A stretch of DNA of 64,000 nt, taken from contig OZ253949.1 of the NCBI GenBank assembly GCA_965267315.1, forward strand, positions 806,781 to 870,780, given 5' to 3'. Positions 57,785 to 64,000 of this stretch are shown piece by piece. Source of the stretch: Parvicellaceae bacterium (lineage in GTDB: Bacteria; Bacteroidota; Bacteroidia; Flavobacteriales_D; Parvicellaceae). Within the stretch, counting starts at the first letter, position 1; each line of letters starts with the position of its first letter. Below the pieces are notes generated by a model. The model saw nothing but the letters and a program-made list of their open reading frames with translations, did no database searches and was not told the DNA's origin. The translations under genes and the position numbers were made by a program.

Positions 57785-59355
57785 TACTCCAAGGAATCAA
57801 ATCCCGGCTTCAGCTTAACGCCGTCTAATTTATATTCAATTCCGTTTTTATACAAAATGGTAAGAATTACTTCACCGTTCTCGTTGTACTTTTTCCAATC
57901 TCCATCCTTTACTCCGGCCTCGTACTTACCTTCTTGTTTGATTCTTCCGCTTGGATAGTAGTACTTATGTTTTCCTATTGGCATTCCATCAATGTACTCT
58001 CCTTTAAACGCCACAACCCTTTTATCCTTACTGTCTTTGTTTTTTATTTCATCCGGATTGTAATAATGAATCCAAACACCGGTTTTTACCCCGTCTGCGT
58101 ACGCCCCCTCTTCGGTATGATCCCCTACGTTGTAATACCAGTCACCATCCTGAATTCCATCAATATAGGTTCCGTGAGTAATTATGTTTCCTATGGAATC
58201 GTACTCAAATGACTCGCCATCTTCCTTGCCTTTCCGGTAAGACTCTTCGCGCTTCAATTGACCATTGGCGTAATACCATTTCCAATCTCCCTGGGCTAAC
58301 CCGTTTTTATACTTCCCTTTTTGCTCTAATTCACCATTTACATGGTAATACTTCCACTCTCCTACTTTCTTTCCATCTACATACTCTCCTGTTGCTTTTA
58401 CTTCTCCTGTCGGGTAATAGTATTTCCATTCCCCCTGATAAATAGATGAAGAATCGAGCATTCCCTCCGCCATTACTGTATCATTTTTGTAGATGTAACA
58501 GTTAATTAAATTTCCCTGTTTATCAAATTCGCGGTAGACTCCTTGCTTTTTATCTTTAGCAACACCTCCTATCATGTGCAGTTCCCCGGTTGTATAGAAT
58601 ATCTGTTTTAACTCCACAAAAACAACCTCATCGGCATTTTCATCTATCTCACCATCCACAAATTTGTCCATGGTCTTTAATCGCCCGCCAGAGTCGTATT
58701 CTCTTACAATACCATCACGCTTGCCATCGCGGAACGAACCAACCCATTTTTCTTTTCCATTCTCGTGAAACTCTTTCCATACTCCCGTCTTTTCACCATC
58801 CGCATTGTACCGGTTTATAGCCTCCTTCTGCCTCAGAAACCCACCGTAATATTCTTCAATGGTTATTATTCGACCATCCTCTCCATACTCAACCGCCTTT
58901 CCTTCTTCCTTACCCTGTTCAAATGTGGTTTCCTTTTTTAGCTGGCCATCAGGATAGTAGGTTTTCTGTACACCATCTTTCCGGTTATTCACATAGTTTA
59001 TTTCCTTAACCAGATTGCCATTTCCATCATACGTCCTGGAAATACCATTTTTCTTATCGTCTTTATAGGTAATCTCATTTTCAATAGTGCCTGAATCGGT
59101 GTAAAATTTCCAAACGCTGTCTAACTTGAAATCTACCCGATTTCCTTCTGTTTTAAGATTACCGTTTTCATAGTAGGTTTTCCAGTAACCATCTGGTTTC
59201 CCATCTCTTAAGGTTCCCTCCGACGATTTTTTACCATTATTATGGTAAAATACATTATATCCATTCGGATCCGGTGCATTACCAATTTGTGCCCAGTTGA
59301 TTTGATTAATTCCAACTAAGATCATTATCCAAAATATGTTTCGTAACGCTCTCAA
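57784..59355 (-). CDS. Secreted MORN-variant repeat protein (YwqK-like repeats)
   Basis: Signal peptide. About 18 copies of the 23-aa G..DG.W..YY.NG.L..EG.Y..G repeat. Its stop overlaps the HK start by 1 nt. Confidence 0.75.
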   Translation of the reverse strand: MRALRNIFWIMILVGINQINWAQIGNAPDPNGYNVFYHNNGKKSSEGTLRDGKPDGYWKTYYENGNLKTEGNRVDFKLDSVWKFYTDSGTIENEITYKDDKKNGISRTYDGNGNLVKEINYVNNRKDGVQKTYYPDGQLKKETTFEQGKEEGKAVEYGEDGRIITIEEYYGGFLRQKEAINRYNADGEKTGVWKEFHENGKEKWVGSFRDGKRDGIVREYDSGGRLKTMDKFVDGEIDENADEVVFVELKQIFYTTGELHMIGGVAKDKKQGVYREFDKQGNLINCYIYKNDTVMAEGMLDSSSIYQGEWKYYYPTGEVKATGEYVDGKKVGEWKYYHVNGELEQKGKYKNGLAQGDWKWYYANGQLKREESYRKGKEDGESFEYDSIGNIITHGTYIDGIQDGDWYYNVGDHTEEGAYADGVKTGVWIHYYNPDEIKNKDSKDKRVVAFKGEYIDGMPIGKHKYYYPSGRIKQEGKYEAGVKDGDWKKYNENGEVILTILYKNGIEYKLDGVKLKPGFDSLE

Positions 59356-59884
59356 AAGTTATTCACTCAACTATATAGTATAAAACTTCTTTTTAAAAGA
59401 ATTCTATTAATGTTATTAGGGCTGTTAATAAGTGCATAAATATCTGCAATTTTTCTTGCCTATGTGGGTTATCAAATATTCATAACAGTTTATCAACAGT
59501 TAATATTGTTTCATTTGGCTGGATTTACTGTGTTTATAAGCTTCTGTTAACAATTGTTAGTAATCCAATACACAGAGATTATTTGATAAAAAGAAGGAAC
59601 TATTAATCTAATTCCGGTGAATAACCCGGTGGTATCAAGCGGAGAATTTTATCAGTTATTTCTTGACTTTCGACCTTGTCTGTTTGTATGGAAATATTTC
59701 GTTTCAATTTCCATTTTTCTTTCAGTCACTTATACACTTTAATTAACAGCTTTTGGACTGTTTTTGTTTATAACCTCGGAACAGTTTTAAAATGAGTTGG
59801 TTAGGTAATAACAAGATTAAATAAAATGCAGTCGTGTATTCATGGAGTGTGCTAACTTTGAAATGATCTAATTACAATGAATAG

Positions 59885-60313
59885 ATGAAAGTAGCAATTG
59901 GTTGCGATCACGCCGGATACAAGTTAAAAGAGATTTTAAAGGAAAAACTAACAACAATGGGACACGAGGTGACCGATTGTGGTACGAACTCTTTGGAGAG
60001 TACAGACTATCCTGATTATGCCCATGTGGTAGCTAAAGGGGTTAGTAATGGAAGTTTTGAAAAGGGCGTGCTTATTTGTGGAAGTGGTAATGGGATAAGT
60101 ATGACAGCGAATAAGTACAAAGGGGTTCGTGCAGCACTTTGTTGGACGAAAGAAATTGCCGAATTGGCTCGTTTGCATAACAATGCCAATATACTTTCGC
60201 TTCCGGCTCGTTTTGTTGCAATTGAGCAGGGAATAGAGATACTGGATACTTTTTTTAGCACAGATTTTGAAGGAGGTAGACACGAGAGGAGAGTGAACAA
60301 AATTAATTGTTAA
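59885..60313 (+). CDS. rpiB: Ribose-5-phosphate isomerase B
   Basis: MKVAIGCDHAGYKLKE...LICGSGNGISMTANKYKGVRAALCW are diagnostic RpiB/LacAB motifs. Confidence 0.9.
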   Translation: MKVAIGCDHAGYKLKEILKEKLTTMGHEVTDCGTNSLESTDYPDYAHVVAKGVSNGSFEKGVLICGSGNGISMTANKYKGVRAALCWTKEIAELARLHNNANILSLPARFVAIEQGIEILDTFFSTDFEGGRHERRVNKINC

Positions 60314-60314
60314 G

Positions 60315-61874
60315 ATGAAGAAGTTGTTGTGTTGGTTGCCGGTTTTGGCGTTTGTGTTGGCTTGCGAAAGCAAGAAAGAAATTAAGGTGGAGCGGGATGA
60401 AAATGCCATTAAGTATGCCGCCACAATTACAGCTTCGGATCTTGAAAAGCACTTAAAAATTCTTGCTTCAGATGAATACGAAGGAAGAGAAACAGGAATG
60501 GAAGGCCAAAAGAAAGCAGCGGCCTATATTCAAAAGTTTTACGAGTCTATTGGTGTAAAAGGCGGGATGGAAGACGGGTCTTATCAGCAACAGTTTCCGC
60601 TAGTGGTAGAAGATCCCCGCAACATTGAGATGTCTGTTCTTAAGTACGCGAAAGGCGAAGCTGATGGTCGTCCGATGAAACTGGAAATGGAGTACTTGAA
60701 AGATTTCTTCTATTTAGGCGGTTTTCATGATACAACTATCAATGATTTAGACATTGTTTTCGTTGGATACGGAATAAATGACGGTTCATTTAACAGTTAT
60801 ACAACCGATGTTAAAGGGAAAGCCGTTATGATGATCAAAGGGGAACCAGAGGGAGTTTCTTTGGTAAAGGACTGGAACAATTGGAGACTAAAATTGCGTA
60901 CTGCAAAGGAAATGGGAGCCGTTGCTGTTTACAATGTATCCGAAAATTTTGGAGAAAACCTGGAACGCGTAAGATATTTCGTTGAAAACCCAAGAATGCA
61001 GTTGCATGACAAAGGCCGACAAAAGAAGGACAAACTTCCGAACTTTTACATCTCAGATTCTCTGACAGAGGTTCTGGTGAATAAGAATCTGAAAGAACTT
61101 CAGGAACTTGCCGATAACAAGCAATGTATTGAAACTAATTTGCGGGCAAACATCCGGTCTTTTTTCTTTAGTACCGATTATTCATCTGAAAATATCCTTG
61201 GGTTTATTCCAGGTACTGACCTGAAAGATGAAATACTGGTTTTATCGGCACACTATGATCACATTGGGTACGATAATGGTGAAATTTGTAATGGCGCTGA
61301 TGACGATGGCTCAGGAACAGTTGCGGTAATGGAAATGGCTGAGGCTTTTGCTATGGCAAGTAAAGACGGATTTGCTCCAAGAAGAAGTATTCTGTTTTTA
61401 AACGTTTCCGGGGAAGAGAAAGGTTTACTAGGATCTCAGTATTACACTGAAAATCCGGTTTATCCGCTAGAGAATACCATTACTGATTTGAATGTGGATA
61501 TGATCGGAAGAATAGATGAAAATCATGAGGATGGTAATTACATTTATTTAATAGGTTCTGATAAATTAAGCGATGATCTGCATCAGATTTCCGAATCTTG
61601 CAATGACGAGTATTTAAAGCTGGATTTGGATTACACTTACAACTCGGATTCAGATCCAAACAGATTTTACTATAGATCAGACCACTATAATTTTGCAAAG
61701 AATGGAATTCCGGTGATCTTCTATTTTAGTGGAGTTCACGAGGATTACCACAAGCCTACTGATGATGTGGAGAAGATCATGTTCCCTAAAATGACAAGAG
61801 TAGCGCGGTTAATTTTCCACACGGCGTGGGAGCTCGCTAATCGCGATGAAAAGCCTGCGTTAAGAACAGAGTAG
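60315..61874 (+). CDS. M28-family zinc aminopeptidase lipoprotein with PA domain
   Basis: Lipobox MKKLLCWLPVLAFVLAC. HYDHIGY...GADDDGSGTVAVMEMAEAF...EEKGLLGS...DHYNF matches the M28 metal-ligand pattern. Confidence 0.85.
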   Translation: MKKLLCWLPVLAFVLACESKKEIKVERDENAIKYAATITASDLEKHLKILASDEYEGRETGMEGQKKAAAYIQKFYESIGVKGGMEDGSYQQQFPLVVEDPRNIEMSVLKYAKGEADGRPMKLEMEYLKDFFYLGGFHDTTINDLDIVFVGYGINDGSFNSYTTDVKGKAVMMIKGEPEGVSLVKDWNNWRLKLRTAKEMGAVAVYNVSENFGENLERVRYFVENPRMQLHDKGRQKKDKLPNFYISDSLTEVLVNKNLKELQELADNKQCIETNLRANIRSFFFSTDYSSENILGFIPGTDLKDEILVLSAHYDHIGYDNGEICNGADDDGSGTVAVMEMAEAFAMASKDGFAPRRSILFLNVSGEEKGLLGSQYYTENPVYPLENTITDLNVDMIGRIDENHEDGNYIYLIGSDKLSDDLHQISESCNDEYLKLDLDYTYNSDSDPNRFYYRSDHYNFAKNGIPVIFYFSGVHEDYHKPTDDVEKIMFPKMTRVARLIFHTAWELANRDEKPALRTE

Positions 61875-61942
61875 AGAGTAGACGGTTCGGCTGAGCTTTA
61901 AAAATGATTATATCTCTGTGGTGATTAGTATGACTAATCACA

Positions 61943-64000
61943 CTACTTTTTTCTTTCGGCCATTAACTGATAAACACAGGGAATAACGATCACGTTGAGC
62001 AATGTTGCAGTCAATAGTCCCCCAAGGATGACCAGCGCCATTGGACTTTGAATCTCGTTGCCAGGTTCAGTTCCGTTAACTGCTATAGGTATAAGGGCAA
62101 GCGCAGTGGTAAGTGCTGTCATGAGTATCGGATTTAACCGATCTACAGAGCCAGTAAAAATTCGATCTCTAAGATTATAACCCTCTTCTTTAAGAGCCTG
62201 ATATCTGGACACCAGAAGTATTCCGTTTCGGGTAGCTATTCCAAAAAGACTGATAAAACCGATGGTGGAGGCAATAGAAATTATTCCTGTGGTAAAATGA
62301 ACCATAAATATACCACCGATTAAGGCCATTGGAAGGTTAATAAGAACGATAGAGGAAAGCCTCAAGTCCTTAAATTCCAGGTAAAGCAAAAGGAAGATAA
62401 TCAACGTTGCTGCGATTGACGTAAAAAGCAATAAACGGGAAGCCTTTTCTTCGTTTTCGAATTGACCTCCATATTCTATCCGGTACCCATCAGGAAGTTT
62501 GATACCACTATTAATGTTGTTCTGAAGTTTCGTAATGATACTTTTCATATCACCATCACTCAGGTTGGCAGACACAACTACCTTTCTTTCGGCATTTTCT
62601 TTATTAATGGTATGCGGACTGCTCCAGGACTTCACGTCAGCAACTTGTTCTAAAGCAATCATTCTCCCATTGGGTAGGTTTATCAGGGCAGATTTTAGTT
62701 TGTCAATACTGTTTCGGTAAGATGTATCGTATCTGACAATCAGATCAAAACTCTTCTGATCCTCGTATATCTCCCCCATCTTTTCTCCTGCAAAGGCAAC
62801 GTCTATAAACTCATTAAAATCCTTCATCGATAGGCCGTGCATGGCCATTTGTTCTTCTCTGGGAACAATTTTGATCTGAGGAACCTCTATTTGTTGCTCC
62901 AACGAAACATCGGTAATTCCATGGATTCTATTCATGATGTATTGAGCTTCTTTACCGATGGAAAAGAGCTTTGACAAATCGCCACCGTATATCTTAACAG
63001 CTATATTAGCTCTGGTTCCTGATATCATGTGATCTATACGGTGTCCCATTGGCAGACCCACAACAATGCTAACACCTTTTATGGGTTCTAGTTTCTCCCT
63101 TAGGGCTGCCATAAACTCTGCTTTGCTTCGATCTTTTAAAACAAAAGGGACTTCCAGTTCCGATCCGTTCACGCCCTGTCCATGTTCGTCCAATTCGCCC
63201 CTTCCGGTACGTCGGGTAACAATATTTACTTCGGGCATCGATAACACAATTTTCTCAATAGCATTTCCAACCTTATTGGATTCCTCCAGAGACATGGATG
63301 GTGGTCCGGTTGTGATCAGGACCAATGCACCTTCGTTGAATGGCGGTAGAAAACTTCTTCCAAGACCTGTGGCATACCAAATACTAACACCAAATACGAG
63401 TATTGTAAAGGCAATGGTTAGTTTAGGAATACTGAGAAACCGATTGAGTACTCTACTATATAAAACAGTAAGTTTTCTTTCCAACCAAGTTCCGGAAGCG
63501 TGCTTTCGAAGTAGTTTTTCTCTTTTTAAAAGGTAGGAACAAAGTACAGGTGTTACCGTAACAGCAACAATTAATGAAGTTGTAACAGCTGTAATAAATG
63601 CAATACCAAGAGGCTTCAAGAGCCTGCCTTCCATTCCACCCAGAAAGAATAAAGGAACAAACGCTACGATGATGATCAAGGTTGCTATGATTATGGAACT
63701 TCTGATTTCAATAGAAGCTTTAAAAACGACTTTACGCACCGAAAGTTTTTCCGAATCTGGTTTTAAAAGGTTTTCTCTAAGCCGTTTGTACACATTTTCA
63801 ACGTCGATGATAGCGTCGTCTACCAGGGCCCCGATAGCTATTGCCATTCCACCAAGGCTCATAGTATTTATAGTATATCCCAGTAATTTCAGGACGATAA
63901 AAGAGACAACAAGGGAAATTGGGATGGCTAGAAGGGAGATGACTGTGGTTCTCCAGTTCATCAGGAAAATAAAGAGCACAATGAGCACGAATAAAGCACC
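61943..64000 (-). CDS. RND efflux transporter permease (HAE1/HME family), partial; N-terminus lies beyond the window end
   Basis: C-terminal half of a 12-TM RND pump: GALVDDAIIDVENVYKRLRE, a large periplasmic loop and a second TM bundle. The ORF continues past 64000. Confidence 0.85.
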   Translation of the reverse strand, partial: GALFVLIVLFIFLMNWRTTVISLLAIPISLVVSFIVLKLLGYTINTMSLGGMAIAIGALVDDAIIDVENVYKRLRENLLKPDSEKLSVRKVVFKASIEIRSSIIIATLIIIVAFVPLFFLGGMEGRLLKPLGIAFITAVTTSLIVAVTVTPVLCSYLLKREKLLRKHASGTWLERKLTVLYSRVLNRFLSIPKLTIAFTILVFGVSIWYATGLGRSFLPPFNEGALVLITTGPPSMSLEESNKVGNAIEKIVLSMPEVNIVTRRTGRGELDEHGQGVNGSELEVPFVLKDRSKAEFMAALREKLEPIKGVSIVVGLPMGHRIDHMISGTRANIAVKIYGGDLSKLFSIGKEAQYIMNRIHGITDVSLEQQIEVPQIKIVPREEQMAMHGLSMKDFNEFIDVAFAGEKMGEIYEDQKSFDLIVRYDTSYRNSIDKLKSALINLPNGRMIALEQVADVKSWSSPHTINKENAERKVVVSANLSDGDMKSIITKLQNNINSGIKLPDGYRIEYGGQFENEEKASRLLLFTSIAATLIIFLLLYLEFKDLRLSSIVLINLPMALIGGIFMVHFTTGIISIASTIGFISLFGIATRNGILLVSRYQALKEEGYNLRDRIFTGSVDRLNPILMTALTTALALIPIAVNGTEPGNEIQSPMALVILGGLLTATLLNVIVIPCVYQLMAERKK

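Noticed and set aside
1-64000. CRISPR arrays, restriction-modification, toxin-antitoxin or other defence systems
   Set aside because: I scanned for regular direct repeats, Cas-like ORFs and nuclease, methyltransferase or ATPase motifs, and found none. The only periodic DNA is the poly-Lys coding tract and the tRNA-linked repeats.

Overview
This 64 kb chromosomal window looks like a Bacteroidota genome. The evidence is three Por/T9SS C-terminal sorting domains, a two-component-regulator-propeller sensor, many lipoprotein signal peptides and about 45% GC. It is gene-dense with about 50 CDS plus one tRNA-Asn(GTT). I found no CRISPR, transposase, integrase, rRNA or recognisable defence system.

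Ordinary content:
- M1 aminopeptidase N.
- PfkB sugar kinase.
- RNase R.
- Ribose-5-phosphate isomerase B (RpiB).
- M28 peptidase.
- Ferritin.
- Flotillin with an NfeD-family protein.
- Tandem universal stress protein (USP).
- CsbD, DUF2383 and hemerythrin stress genes.
- A partial RND permease at the window end.

Most interesting content:
1. A tightly packed four-gene operon (25975-31187) that matches the decaprenyl-phospho-arabinose (DPA) pathway logic of Corynebacterineae. It contains a UbiA-family polyprenyl-phosphate phosphoribosyltransferase, a single fused DprE1 (FAD oxidase)-DprE2 (SDR) polypeptide, a HAD phosphatase and a GT-C (ArnT/PMT-like) transferase. This implies a lipid-linked pentofuranose glycosylation system in a Bacteroidota genome.
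2. A 1315-aa membrane sensor fusing a periplasmic propeller/Y_Y_Y domain to an intact class III adenylate cyclase and a C-terminal HD phosphohydrolase domain.
3. A SiaB/SiaA/SiaC-like partner-switch module (TPR-anchored PP2C phosphatase, DUF1987 phosphoprotein, small kinase-like protein). A second orphan HAMP-PP2C sensor lies next to the NfeD-flotillin genes, with a YfiR-like (DUF4154) periplasmic protein and a TPR protein upstream.
4. A signal-peptide-bearing protein of about 45% Lys/Arg encoded 5 bp downstream of the ferritin stop codon.
5. tRNA-Asn followed by two decayed ~140-bp repeat units that each end with a copy of the tRNA 3' terminus.
6. Further membrane glycosylation hardware: a second GT-C gene with no ATG start, and a polyprenyl-phosphate GT2 paired with a large membrane protein.
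7. An operon of a MarR/GbsR-like regulator, four small membrane proteins, a membrane desaturase and a DCC (DUF393) thiol-oxidoreductase-membrane fusion.

No tools were available, so all calls rest on reading the translated ORFs and the DNA directly.
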